IMG/VR virus record: IMGVR_UViG_2824317532_000001
Span: 40,923 to 104,922 of that record
Length of the DNA: 64,000 nucleotides
Source of the DNA: a virus
Taxonomy: Duplodnaviria; Caudoviricetes
Direction: 5' to 3' (one strand)
This document shows, in pieces, positions 37,882 through 49,654 of this stretch; the first letter of the stretch is position 1, and every line of letters starts with the position of its first letter. The notes beneath the pieces are model-generated. The model searched no databases, was not told where the DNA came from, and worked only from the letters and a program-made list of their open reading frames with translations. Made by a program: the position numbers and the translations under genes.

Positions 37882-37917
37882 AAGACGGCCCGCGCCATCA
37901 CCGGCGCGGGCCGTCTT
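37882..37917. terminator. Bidirectional hairpin terminator
   Basis: aagacggcccgcgcc-N6-ggcgcgggccgtctt between convergent genes. Confidence 0.75.
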
Positions 37918-37928
37918 CCGTCGTTCGT

Positions 37929-38471
37929 TCAGTGCTGCGAGGTGGCAGCCTCCCTGTTCGCAGCTGCGATAGCGAGCGCCCGCCAACGCAGAGCTTGCTC
38001 CACCTCCGGCTCGTCCTCGACGAGCTCGTACCGCACCGGCCGGCCCTGCTCGTCGTGGTACATCACCATGAGGCGCTGATCGTCGAACAGCCACCAATCT
38101 TGAGGGCCGATCGCCGGAATGATGCCCTCCGCCTCGGCGACACTGCGAGTCAGGTACTGCACCGTTTCACCGGATTCACGGTTCCAGCGGTCCATCCACC
38201 GCATCCACTGCTGGTAGTCGGTAGGTGGCGTGTCGACGACCCGAACTCGGCCGATCGTTTTGCCGCTCGAGGTCTGCTGCCGCACCTGGGCCATCCACTC
38301 CCCGAGCTCCTTGTTCTCGGTCGGCGGGATCGGCCGCCCTGCCAGCCACGCCTGCCACTGATCCTGCTCGTAGGTCACGTCGTACGCGGCCTGCTGTTCC
38401 CACCGCCAGGCAGACCGTTGGTAGCCGGCGAGTTGGGCCCAGAATTCGTCGTTGGTGATAGTGCGGCGCAC
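37929..38471 (-). CDS. DUF6879-like protein
   Basis: SAWRWEQQ..Y...GRVRVV..PPTDYQ.W...GE.VQYL.R...DWWLFDD. Confidence 0.75.
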   Translation of the reverse strand: MRRTITNDEFWAQLAGYQRSAWRWEQQAAYDVTYEQDQWQAWLAGRPIPPTENKELGEWMAQVRQQTSSGKTIGRVRVVDTPPTDYQQWMRWMDRWNRESGETVQYLTRSVAEAEGIIPAIGPQDWWLFDDQRLMVMYHDEQGRPVRYELVEDEPEVEQALRWRALAIAAANREAATSQH

Positions 38472-38480
38472 AGCGATCTC

Positions 38481-39323
38481 CTAGGCGGGAAGGTGATTGA
38501 TGGCGTCGAGGATGAGGTGGCGGGCGTCTTCGCCGGTGACGGCGTCCTGCCAGTAGCGAGCGAACAGGGCTTCGAGGATCTCCACCTTGTCCGCCAAATG
38601 TTCCTCGTCGGTGACGGCGGTTTCGATACATGCCTCGTCGTCGAAGATTTCGAACGATGATTCGGTGTTGCTGTTTACCGGCCGGGACAGGGACGGGTAG
38701 ATGGCGAGGGTGACGTTGTCGAGGCCGATGGCGGAGCTGAGGTGGAACAGTTGGGCTCGCATGATTGAGGTCGGGAATCGGCGTCGCCGGAGCACGGGCT
38801 CGTCGATGAGGAACGTGAACTGCTTGTCGGGGTCGGTGAGGAAGCGAACCGACTCCTGCCGTTTGCGGACGGCGGCGGCCACGTCGTTGACGCTGCCATG
38901 TTTGTCGTGGTGCTCCTGCAGGATGGCCCGCATGTAGTCGGGGGTTTGCAGGTAGCGCGGGATGAACGTCATCTCGAAGAACGTGAACCGCTTGGTGCGG
39001 GCTGCGCGTTTGGTGTAGTCGTCCTGGATGGGCTCCTGGCCATGGGCTGCGCGTTTGCTGTAGGTGTCGCGGCTGGCTTCGGCTTCGGCGGCCATGTGGA
39101 TGAGTTGGTCGCGGAGGCGTTCGTTCATGCCGGTGGCCTGCGCCCAGGCGGTGATTTCGTCGGCGGTGGGGATCTGTCGGCCGCGTTCGATCTTGGAGAC
39201 CTTGAACTTGCCGGTGCTGGCTGCCCAGCCGAGCATCTCGGCGAGTTCGGTGCCGGTGAATCGTGCGTTTTCGCGGGCGGCTTTGAGCCTGCCGCCGATG
39301 GGGTCACGTTCTTCGGTGGTCAT
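38481..39323 (-). CDS. XRE HTH + DUF5753 regulator
   Basis: GGRLKAARE..FTG.ELA...KVSKIERGRQIPT; IPRYLQTPDY; LIDEPVL. Confidence 0.85.
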   Translation of the reverse strand: MTTEERDPIGGRLKAARENARFTGTELAEMLGWAASTGKFKVSKIERGRQIPTADEITAWAQATGMNERLRDQLIHMAAEAEASRDTYSKRAAHGQEPIQDDYTKRAARTKRFTFFEMTFIPRYLQTPDYMRAILQEHHDKHGSVNDVAAAVRKRQESVRFLTDPDKQFTFLIDEPVLRRRRFPTSIMRAQLFHLSSAIGLDNVTLAIYPSLSRPVNSNTESSFEIFDDEACIETAVTDEEHLADKVEILEALFARYWQDAVTGEDARHLILDAINHLPA

Positions 39324-39431
39324 GTGTTCTCTCTTCTCTCCGGGCGGTGGACTGCCAGGTCGAATCCCAGGGAAAAGATCATGGTGTGCATGGTGCGCCG
39401 ACCTTTCGGACGGTTGCTGCTACATGAGCTA

Positions 39432-39466
39432 AGCCCCGGACCCCGTTCGCTCGGGTCCGGGGCTTC
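39432..39466. terminator. Hairpin
   Basis: aagccccggaccc...gggtccggggctt. Confidence 0.6.
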
Positions 39467-39481
39467 GGTGTTGTTCGGGTG

Positions 39482-39703
39482 TTACTGGCCTCGCCGGGCG
39501 TTCACCATGTCGGCGATCTGCTCAGCGAGTGTGTAGGGGATCTCGATGCCGCTTTCATTGGCGGCGACGTTGACCATCTGGGCGGCGGCGTCGGTGCCGA
39601 GGGTGTAGCCCTGCACGACGAGGCTGTCGCGGTCGGTGGCATAGACGGCGGGGCAGTTGCCGCCGCCGGAGTTCTTCCACGTGAACAGGTGGGTGAGTTG
39701 CAT
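39482..39703 (-). CDS. Small protein typical of DUF6879/DUF5753 gene triads
   Basis: SGGGNCPAVYATD...VVQG motif; GAAGG RBS. Confidence 0.7.
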   Translation of the reverse strand: MQLTHLFTWKNSGGGNCPAVYATDRDSLVVQGYTLGTDAAAQMVNVAANESGIEIPYTLAEQIADMVNARRGQ

Positions 39704-39719
39704 GGTCTCGCCTTCCGCT

Positions 39720-39901
39720 GGGTTGCTTACGGCTTGAGCAACTTTGCTTGATGGTCGCATCAGGTTGGGCCGAAACACAACGACCCCGGCCCTCTTTACG
39801 GAGAGTCCGGGGTTGTTGGTGCTGGGATTCCAACCTGGCATCACTGATGCTAGCAAATGTTGCTTGAGTTGCTTGACTGAGTTGCTCGCAGGGTGCACGG
39901 T
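39720..39901. promoter_or_regulatory. Divergent control region with GTTGCT/AGCAAC boxes and TTGACT-N17-CACGGT promoter
   Basis: GTTGCT at 39722, 39859, 39868, 39881; AGCAAC at 39737; TGCTAGCA at 39848. Confidence 0.55.
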
Positions 39902-39942
39902 GGAGGTAGGCATTCAGCCGCCTTCTCCCGGCCGGGGTTGGC

Positions 39943-42900
39943 GTGACAGAGACTCCCCTGCCCCGGCCGGAATACCTCCTGGAGGATCCCGTGCCTAGTG
40001 CGACTCTCACCCGCACCTGCCCCGCCTACTGCGCACGCATCCACGACGAACAGCCCGACGAGGTCGTCGCCCACGAAACCCCCGTCGTTGGCATCCCCGC
40101 CCTCGGCAGCCGCCCGCTGCGACTGCAGATGTCACAGGCCGACTGCGACCCGGCGCCACGGCTGCACGTCGGCAGTTACGACCTGGACCTCTACAACGCT
40201 GAGCGGCTTCTCGCCGAACTGCATATGAAGGTCACGATCATGCGGGAGGCGCAGGCGCGTCTCCACGCCAGCCTGACGGTCGCCTGATGACCGGCACCGA
40301 CCGCGAGCGGCTCGACACCGCGCTCGCGAACCTCCGCGGCCAGGGTGTCGCCGTTGTCGTCGACCTGTCCGGCTCGTCGGGGGTCCGCGACTGGGACCAC
40401 GCCGACTATCTGAAAGCCGCCGCTACGGCGGGTACCGGCCGGTGGGTCGGCACGCATGTTGGCTGCGACGAGCATCGCGGGGCCTACTGGGACGCCGACG
40501 GCACCCTCCGGTACGGACACACCAACAAGCCGGTGACGGAGGTGTGGCTGCACCACAGCCATCCGGAGGTTGCCCGGCTGCTGGTCGACGCGCTGGCAGC
40601 CGCCGGGCTCGCCGTGTCGTGGGACGGCAACCCTGACAGCAGTGTCCTGCTCGCCCTGGCCGGTGGCCGATGATCGCGCTCGCCAGCACCCAGCGTTACC
40701 TGATCGACGGCGCCGTCCGCGACACGCTCACCTACCAGGACGGTGTGTTCCGGCTCGACGGCGTGCTGCTGCCCGAGCCGGACGCCCAGCAGGCGCGTGC
40801 GCTCGTGTTCGCCGGCCTGCTGGCCGTGAACCGCACGGACGTCCAGCCCACCACTACTGGCCGGGCTGCCGCCGGACTCCCCCACTGACCTTTCCCACTG
40901 ACGCACGACCCGTATCCGAGGAGGACCACATGTCCACCACCGTGTACGCCCCGCCCACCGGCGGCTTCGACGACTTCCGGCAGTGGCAGATCGAGCTGGA
41001 CACCAGTCGGCCGGCGCTGTCCGAGCCCCGGCTCCCCCATCACCCGTCCCGCGCCGCACTGCGCCGCGACGCCGACTCGCAGATCGCGGAGGGTGTCGCT
41101 GACTGGCTGCGCACCCACAGCAAGGGGGCGTGATGGCTACCTATTCGTGGGCGCTGATCCGTGACGGCCAGCCGGTCGCCGACGGTACCGAGTTTCACAG
41201 CGGGTTCGAGACGCCGGAGGAGTACGGGCGTTTCCAGGCCGCCCGGCCGCGGCCGTTCCCGGTGGACGAGGTTCACGTCTGGGCGGGTGACGTGCCGGCC
41301 GGTGAGCCGGTTCGGGTACGCCGGCACCCGCGGCGCCGGGCCCTGGCCGGAGCGGTGTCGTGACCGCCCAGGCCGCCCGCCTGATGCGGGCGCGTCGTGC
41401 CCGCCGCCTGCCGACCGCGCATGACGGGTTCGGCTACTCGCGGGACATGTCCGACCCGGAGCCCATGGCGGTACCCGCTGGGGTCGAGTTGGTCTGTCTG
41501 GACTCCCGCGGCGGCGCCCGATGACCGTCACGACCGCTCCCGCATTGACGTTCGCTGACATTCCCGGACAGCGCGCCTGGTACCGGGTCGACGACGTGTT
41601 CGACCCCGCCACCCGCATCCACATCGACGTGCCCTACCTGCATCACGACCTGGACTGCCGGTGGCCGGTGTATGACGACTACCGGGTCGTCACCCGTGGT
41701 GGTGCCAGCATCGTGGAGCAGGAGCCGTTCTTCGACGGCTGCGACTCGTGGGGTGATTCGTCGTGCCCCGACGCCCCGTTCGGGCATCGCCGGCCCGTAC
41801 CGGTCTGCCCCGCATGTGCGCCCGCCCTCACCGGCCGGAGCCTGTGATGGCGCCGCTGCCCGAGCCGACACCGCGGTCGTCCTGGCCGGACGACGAGCAC
41901 GCCACCTGCCCTCCCCCGTGCGGCGGACTGATGTCGGTGACCTCGTCCGGTGAGCTGCGCTGCGACGAGTGCGGCCTGCGCGCCGCCGACGCCTCCGTGC
42001 GGCAGGAGGTTCAGTGGTGACCGGCGCTGAACTGATCGTCGCCGCCGAGGCGCTGCACGCTTCCACTGTTCAGCCGTCCGACGATCCGACGCCCGGCCTG
42101 ATCCACCAGGCCGTCGTTGGCGCCGTCACTGCGTACGGGGTCGACGGCTGCGCGGCACGGCTTGCCCAGCGGTACGGCGACCACCCCACCGAGACAGCGG
42201 CCCGCATGCGGTGGTGCCTGGCAACTGTCCGAGCCGTCTACCCGGCCGTCACTGCCAGCACGGTCTGACCGGCCACCCGGCCACCAGCACCAACCGATCT
42301 AGCCCCCTGGATCGGTTGGTGCTGGTGGTCCGGCGGCCGGTCAGACCCCCTGGACGCCGAGAAACGAGGACCGATGTTCGGCATCACCCGCGACAACAGC
42401 CCCCAACCCGCCGGCCCGGCGGTGCCGCCCCTGCACTACCAGCACTGCCGCGAAGACGTTAACGCCTACTACCAACAGTTCGGCGACAAGTACGACTACG
42501 ACAAGAAGCTCGCGCTGGGCGTCGTGGACGCCGCCGAAGCCGCCGGCGTGTCCGTATGGAAGGCCCTTCCCACCGAAGACGGCTTCACCTACGAGTCGCG
42601 CCTCCGACTGGCCGCCGTGTGGAAGAAGGCAGGCCGCGGCCCGGCCGCCGACCGTGAGGAGTTCTACGCGTGAGCATCGACTACACCGGTGGCGTGGCCG
42701 GGCGGGATCCGATCGGCAAGACGATGGTCGAGTCGTTCCTCGCCCAGCATCCGAACGAGTCCGACGAGCAGATCCACGCCCGTATGTGCCGGGCGTGGAA
42801 CAGTGTTCCCGGCTCCGGCGAGATGCCGATTCCGGTCGACGAGATCGCCCACTGGCGGGCCGGATGGACGGCGCGGTGAACGAGCCCGACAACCTGACCG

Positions 42901-43896
42901 GCTGGGTCGATCGGCTCGGCGGCACATGGGTTCGGGTCGACGACTGCCCGGCGCCGTCGTACGCCATCTTTGCTGGCAGTTCGTGGTATCCCCGCACCGA
43001 TGGCCCCGGCTTCGATCCGCAGGTCCATGACGGTATCGGCCAGCCTCGGTCCTGGGATCAAGTCGAGTACGACTTCGCGCCGCTCACCCCGGCAAGCCCG
43101 GAGTTGACGGCGGAGACGATCGCGCTGGTGCGGCGGGCCGTATCCGAGTAGTGCCCGGCGGGTCGTAACAGACGAGACGGGCGGCCCGCAGCAGTGAGAC
43201 GCCGGGCCGCCCAACGATTCCTATCGGAGGAACCATGTTCAACGGTAAACGACGCTGGCGGCGGCAGCCGGTTCCGGTGCTCGACACCGCCGCCCAGGCG
43301 CTGGCCGAACTGCTGGCCGAGTCCGCACGCAAGCACGATGATCGGGAGCCGTTCCGTGGCTGACCTGCCCGCTGACCTGTTGATCGTGCGGCACGCCGAC
43401 GACACGACCACCACCTACGAGGACGTGCGCTACTGCCTGTGGCGTGACGGCGTGACCGTCTACCAGCATGGCGAGGAGATTCACCACGGCGATGTTGTCG
43501 AGGTGCGGGCCGAGCGGGCGGCGGTGCCGGCGTGAGCGCACGCGTCGGGACGCTCGACTACTACCTCGGCATGGACGCGGCCGAGCTGGACTTGCTGGAG
43601 CAGCGGGTCCAGGCTGAGCCCGCTGTTGGCTGGGTGGCGGAGACGGCGAAACAGCGGCTCCTCGACCGGATCGCCGCCGTGCGGGAGATGCGCGGCGAGC
43701 AGGTGGCCGGCTGATGGCGCGGGTGCTGGTGGTGTCGGATGACGGCGCGACCGTGATCCAGGTTCGTGACGCGGACCGCCCGGACGGTGAACCGTGGGCG
43801 GAAGGCGTGTGCCCGTGCGGTGAAGTCATCTCCGACCGCGGGCATTTCGAGGACACCGTGCAGGCGTGCGAGATCCATCTGGACGAGCAGCACTGA
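39943..43896 (+). CDS. Operon(s) of ~15 small early hypothetical genes (e.g. 39943-40287, 40287-40673, 40670-40888, 41133-41363, 41521-41847, 42017-42268, 42374-42673, 42670-42879, 42876-43151, 43235-43363, 43356-43535, 43532-43714, 43714-43896)
   Basis: Tightly packed, ATGA/GTGA-coupled GC3-rich ORFs; several carry CxxC motifs. Confidence 0.6.
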
Positions 43897-43897
43897 C

Positions 43898-43927
43898 AGC
43901 GCCCCGCCGAGATGTTGGCGGGGCGCT
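43898..43927. terminator. Hairpin terminator
   Basis: agcgccccgcc...ggcggggcgct between convergent genes. Confidence 0.65.
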
Positions 43928-43929
43928 CG

Positions 43930-44142
43930 CTATTTCATCGGCTTGCCGAGGTGTCGGTAGATCGTCTTTCGAGCCAGGTCGGCGGCCTCAGCAATTCGGT
44001 TGATTGGAACCCTTAGCCGCCCAGCCTCGACGATCAGTCTGTCGATCTGCTCCTCGATGGCTTGCCGTTGAGCGGCGAGGTTGACCAAGGCGAGCAGCAC
44101 CTTTTGCTGTTCGTCGTCGGGCTCGAAGGGTGGACGCGGCAC
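43930..44142 (-). CDS. Small HTH regulator
   Basis: LIVEA...VPINRIAEAADLARKTIYRHL. Confidence 0.7.
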   Translation of the reverse strand: MPRPPFEPDDEQQKVLLALVNLAAQRQAIEEQIDRLIVEAGRLRVPINRIAEAADLARKTIYRHLGKPMK

Positions 44143-44170
44143 ACGATCAGGCTATCGGTTCCTGTTCCCC

Positions 44171-44217
44171 TTGACCCAGTAACCTCGCCTGTTAGTGTTT
44201 ACATGTACTCAGTAACG
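44171..44217 (+). promoter_or_regulatory. Sigma-A-like promoter TTGACC-N16-TAGTGT with two CAGTAAC boxes
   Basis: AT-rich divergent gap; CAGTAAC immediately after the -35 and again near +1. Confidence 0.6.
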
Positions 44218-44231
44218 AGCCAGAGGCGACC

Positions 44232-47200
44232 ATGAGCGACTCACTTGACCGACAGGACGCATCAGGCTCCATGCCGCTGTCGATCTGTCACAACGGCCGG
44301 GTCCTCGCTTTGGTACCTGCGCACCTCGTCAACGACTTCGGAGCCGATGCGCGCCCAGCGCCCGCGTTGTGGGAGCACATCACTCGGGTCGCCGCGCTCC
44401 ATTGGCTGAGCCCGGACGACACCGAACTCCTGCTGCCCTGCCACCTACACCCGGCGTTCTCCGCAGTCGACTGCCTCGACTGCGAACCCGCCTGATCTGA
44501 AAGGAACCACATGCCTCACAGCGAGCAGGCCACCGCCGTCCTCACCGCGAACGAGCCGAAGGACGGCACCGTCCTTCTCGTGCGCAGCGGCGATGAATGG
44601 AAGGTCATTGAGCGCGACGACGCACTCTCCCGCGACTACGACCCACAGGACCACTGGTTCGATGTCACCACCGAAGCGATCGGCGACTCGGACCCGATGG
44701 CACTGCACCAGCACGTCAAGTACGCCGACGCCGTGTACGCGCTGGGCGAGAAGCTGGCCGAGTTCCGGTGAGCTACGACGTTCGTTTCACCGGCGAGATC
44801 GGCATCCATCCGCCCATCCCCGCCGACGATGTCATCGCCGCCGGGTTCCACGCCCCTGGCCGATTCGGTGACAAGGACGTGGCCGTAACGGTCATCGAAA
44901 CGCCGATCGACGGGGTGCCCGGCGCCTACCGGCGGCAGGTGACTGCGATTGCCGCTTGTATGGGTTCGTACACCGCCTACAAGGCTGTCGAGCATGTGCA
45001 GGAGATCGTGTCCCGTTGGGGTGAGGGCCGTACGTTTACCGGCTATCTGCAGGGCTGGGGTGAGGAACCCGGCGACGTGTTCCGAATCGTCATCCGTGAC
45101 GGCCGGGCAGTGGAGGTCCAGCCTCGGATCGTGTGGCCGGACGGATCGGAGGGCGTCTGATGATCGTGGACATCATCACCAAGACCGTCCGGATCCCGGC
45201 CAGCGAACACCACGCTGGCTTCCACTCCGTTGACGTCACCCTGATCTGGGAATGCCCAACCTGCGGCGGGCCGAGAGGCGAGGTCTTCGACACCCTCTCC
45301 TACGACGGATCACGTCGGCTCAACGTGCACGGATGGAAGAACCCATGCGGACACATCGACTACTACCGCGCCGTACGCCGCGAGGCAGGTATCGGCCAAT
45401 GACTGCCATCACCCTGGACCTGGTGCTCGCCGTGCACGCGGCTGCCGACCTGGGCGGTGACACCGGTCTAACGGTCGACTCGATCGCCGCGATGACCAAC
45501 CTCGCCGTTGAGGACGCCGAGCAGGCGCTGGAATCCGGTGCCCGCCGCGGCATCGTGTCCCGTCTCGGCGACGGCCGCTGGATTGCCTGGCCGATCTGCC
45601 CCACCTGCGGGTACGGCGCCGACGACCGGCATCACTCCACCGACCATCCGCAGCCGGGCGTCTGTGAGACGCACCCGGTGGACTACTGCGCCGGCTACCC
45701 GCTCCCCCGCTGACTTGGAGGCCACTATGCCCCGCACCATCGATTCGATGCTCGCCGCGCACCGCGTGGCCACCGAGCGCCGTAACAACGGCCAGCCCGT
45801 CTGGGACGAGACCGTCGACCTGGCCGACCTGTTCCACAACACCGACCTGTCCCAGGCCGAGCGGTACGCCCGCATCGCCGACCGGATCAAGCGTTCGCGC
45901 TGGTACCAGAACCGGGACGCGGACGGTTTCGACGAGTTCGGGGAGGCCGTCGAGAACCTAGCGGTCGCTTCCGGGCCGGACGAGTTCGACGGCTGGTTCG
46001 ACGAGATTTACGACCAGGCTGACCGCGACCGGGTTTGGATCAAGACCCGATGATCGCCTACTTCACCGTCGACAGCGACGGCCGCCTGCCCCGCCAGGAC
46101 GGCACCATCAGGGTCGACGGCCAGGACTACCTACTTCCGATGAAGGCACAGGTGGGTGGTTTCCTGGCCCCACGCCGCATCCTGGAAGGGCTGCAGGCTG
46201 CCGGCTGGAAACCGGCCACCGACTACTACTCCGATTTGGACGTGGACGGACCTGGGTCGATCCGGGTGGTTCCGCTGGACGGCGACGCCTGATGGCTGCT
46301 CAACACATGGTCACCGAACACGCCGTGTGTGCCCTGCCCGGCGACCACCGGGATTGGCGACACCTGGTCATCCGGGTCCAGCGTCGGGGCGCCACCGATC
46401 GGTGGCTGGTGACCTGGGGCGCCTACTACTTGACCGCCGACGGCGACTGGTATCCGTCCATGTCTCGGGCGGTCGAGTACGACGAGGACGAGGCCCTGAT
46501 CGCCGCCGACATGGTGTCTAAGACGGTCGACGTGAATGGTCTGACCGCCGCCGACCTGCTCAACCGTTGAGGAGCCCGCAATGTTGACTGAAAGCCACAC
46601 CACCAGACCCGCCGACAACGGCACCTACCACTACTGGGAGGTTCGCGGCCCGTACGGCGCCGTCTCCCTGTCGCTGCTGCATTCCCGGGCCGCCGGGTTC
46701 ACGTCGCTGGCCCGAATGAGCCCTGCCCTGGCCGGCAACCTGGCGCCCACTGAGTCCGGGCACTGGGTGTTCAACGTGATTGGCGAGCACCGCCCGAACG
46801 GGCCCGAGTCAGGCTGGTCGTGCTCGGTGCACGGCGATACCTGTGATGAGGACGCGATCGTCACCGATCTGGCCTGGCCGATCTGGGAGCGGCTGCGTGA
46901 CGGCGGTGTCACCGACCGGGCGGTGTACGCCGAGTTGGAGGCGCTCGCCGGCCGGGTGTTCGAGGTGGCGGCGTGACTGCGGTGCCCTTCGCTGTCGAGT
47001 GGGTGTTCCTCGACGAGTCCACCCCGCGCCAGATCCACACCAGCACTGTCACCGCGGTTGACGCCGACGATGCGCGGATGACGCTGCTGGGTTCCATACC
47101 TGAGGACCGGGTGTCGGTCCTCAGGGTTTCTGCCGAGGAGGACCAGCAGTGAGCACCGACCACGGCCCGTACATTGCCGCCGTTCAGGAGGCGCTGATTC

Positions 47201-48993
47201 ATGCCGGGTTCGAGACCCTGAACGAGCACGCCGAGGACGAGGATCCGCGCGGCGGTGGCATCCAGCTCGACCCCCGGTCGCCGGCTGCGGCGGACTGGTT
47301 TGCGAACTGGGATGAGGTGTGGCTGGGCTGGAACGAGGACCGCGGCTGGGCGCTGGTCTGCACCGAGGAATTAGCCGGCGGCGAGCCGAAGACGTTCACG
47401 TTCGACTCGCACCTGCCGCGGCTGGCGGCGCCGGTGTCGGTCGTGCGCATGGCGTGCGGGCACGCTGGCGTGTCCGTGCAGGCCATCGATGCCCTGCCGG
47501 AGCCGGCCATCCCGGACGCCGACTTCCCCGGCCACAGCTTCCTGGACGACGATCCCGTGTTCGAGCAGGCGCTGGCCCGCTACCGGGAGCCGTCGTGCCC
47601 ACGGTCCTGATCCGCTGGCACACCCCGTCGGCATTGACGATCTACGCCGACGGTAAGCCGATCGGGTCAGCGTCCGACGACTCCGATTTTCCCGACGAGC
47701 CGCCGCTGTCGACGCCGCTGGTTGCCGCGGTCGTGGCGGAGGATGTGGCCCGCGCTTTGGGCGCCGACGTCAAGGTGCAGCGGCCGTGAGCGCCCGTGAC
47801 ATCACCGCTGACACGGTGCTCGCCGCGATCGCGGCCGGCGCTTCCACCCGCACAGATCTGGCCGCCCGGTTTCAGGTGCTGTCGACGTCCCGGTTCCTGA
47901 CGGATGCGCTCGCCGAGCTGGGTGTGGTCGAGGACGCGCACGGCCGGCTGTCTGCGCCTGCCCTTCCGTGCCCGACGTGCGGCTTAAGGCCGTGGGATGC
48001 GCCCGACCTGACGCCAGGCGAGTTCGTGTGTACCTGCAACGACACCTTCGAGGAGATCTGATGACCTCTGTTCCGCAGTACGTGATCCTGCACCGTCGGG
48101 ATCGCGGCAGCGAGGCTACTGAGCAACTGTTCAGCGTGTGGCCCGAAACCGACCGGGCGCAGGCCGTCGAACACGCGGCCGAACTGCAGTCCGATGCCAA
48201 CAACCTGTACGGCCGGCCCCGTGACACGTATCGGGTCGCGCGGCTCGCATTCCTGGACGAGGAGAACTGAACCATGGGACATGACGATCGACTGGAACTA
48301 ATGGCGGCGGACCACGACCGGTTCCGGGCCGCACTGGTGCAGATCATTCTGGTGGCGGATGGTGGGGCCGAGGCGCCGCACACCGCGCTGGAGAACATTC
48401 GGGCCGAGGCCAACAAGGCGCTCGCCGAGGCGGGTGCGCAGTGACCGCCACGATGACGCCGCCCGCGTCCACCACGATGCCGCAGTCGCAGGATCCGCGG
48501 GTGTTGCGGGAGATCCTGGACGACCCGAACCTGTCCGGCTGGCACGAGGCCGCCCATCTCGCGCTGGAGGACCTGGAGCAGCGGATCGGCCGGCACGTCC
48601 GCCACGGGCTAGGTGCCTGATGGGCGACGAGACGCCTGCTCTGACGGTGGTCGGCATGGGTCTGTTCCCGCTGCCGGGTGAGAAGAAGCGGCGTCAGCGG
48701 GCGGTTGCGGAGGCTCGGGAGCTTCTCCGCCAAGTGGCGGAGATCGAGCAGCGGAGTAGCGGGCACACGAGAGTTGAGGGTGAGCAGTGACCGGCGAGCC
48801 GCAGGAGACGTACTACGTCGAGTATCCGTGTGGGAAGTACTGCAAGGTCGAGATCGATCTGGCGGAGGCTCACGGCGGGTTCACGCACCGGCAGATGCGT
48901 GCCGCGGCGGACGTCCAGCATGCGGAGCGGCACGAGTTGGAGTCGACGCCGGTGCTGGCCCGGGTTTCTGCGGAGTTCCGGGCTCCGGCGTAG
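44232..48993 (+). CDS. Operon of ~18 small, mostly acidic hypothetical genes (e.g. 44232-44495, 44511-44771, 44768-45160, 45160-45402, 45727-46053, 46292-46570, 46581-46976, 47149-47610, 47786-48061, 48061-48270, 48787-48993)
   Basis: Coupled small ORFs downstream of the promoter at 44171. Confidence 0.6.
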
Positions 48994-49025
48994 GCTCACC
49001 CCACCCGTGTGATCTTGGAGGCGTC

Positions 49026-49502
49026 ATGCAGTTGGTCGACGTACTGGACCTGCTCCAACGGCTGTTCGTTGCCGCGCAGCATCCGGACGTTGCCGACGTG
49101 CGCCTCTACGGGGAAGGCACCCCGCAGTCGCCGGCCGGGGTTGCGGTGAAGGACACGCGGGGCGGTTCCACCTACCTGTGGGGCACCACCTGGCGGGGCG
49201 AAACCCCGGTCGACCTGCCGGAGGTGCTGCCGCCGCCGAAGCTCGGCGCCCAGCGGATCGCCGTGCTGGCGGTCAAGCTGCTCGATGCTGCCCGCCCGGC
49301 CGAGTTGAAGGCGTGGCGTTTGGTCGCGCTGCCGGATCTCGGCCCGACGGATGCTCGTGGTGTCGCGCCGGCCGGGGTCGGCCTGGTCGCCGCGGACGGC
49401 AGCCGGTTCCTGTTGCGGGCGACGCATGGTGGTTCGCAGACCGGTGACCCTGCCGAGGATCCGCACCCGGAGTGGCGGGTGCCGGAAGCACTGGCCATCT
49501 GA
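49026..49502 (+). CDS. Hypothetical protein
   Basis: GGAGG RBS + ATG; GC3-rich. Confidence 0.6.
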   Translation: MQLVDVLDLLQRLFVAAQHPDVADVRLYGEGTPQSPAGVAVKDTRGGSTYLWGTTWRGETPVDLPEVLPPPKLGAQRIAVLAVKLLDAARPAELKAWRLVALPDLGPTDARGVAPAGVGLVAADGSRFLLRATHGGSQTGDPAEDPHPEWRVPEALAI

Positions 49503-49509
49503 CCTGACA

Positions 49510-49544
49510 AAAAGGCCCTGTGCTGTTACGGCACGGGGCCTTTT
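49510..49544. terminator. Bidirectional intrinsic terminator
   Basis: aaaaggccctgtgc...gcacggggcctttt. Confidence 0.75.
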
Positions 49545-49654
49545 CCGCTGCTCAGCAGCGAATGTGACGCCGAATATAACGCACATCGGGTCCGTCAGCG
49601 CCAACAGGAAGCGATCTAGCTTCGCCTCATGGAAACGATCACCCCGAGCGCCGT

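Noticed and set aside
39350-39375. tRNA or tRNA-derived att site (ggtcgaatccc)
   Set aside because: Lacks the GTTCGA T-loop and a cloverleaf; no tRNA recognised anywhere in the window
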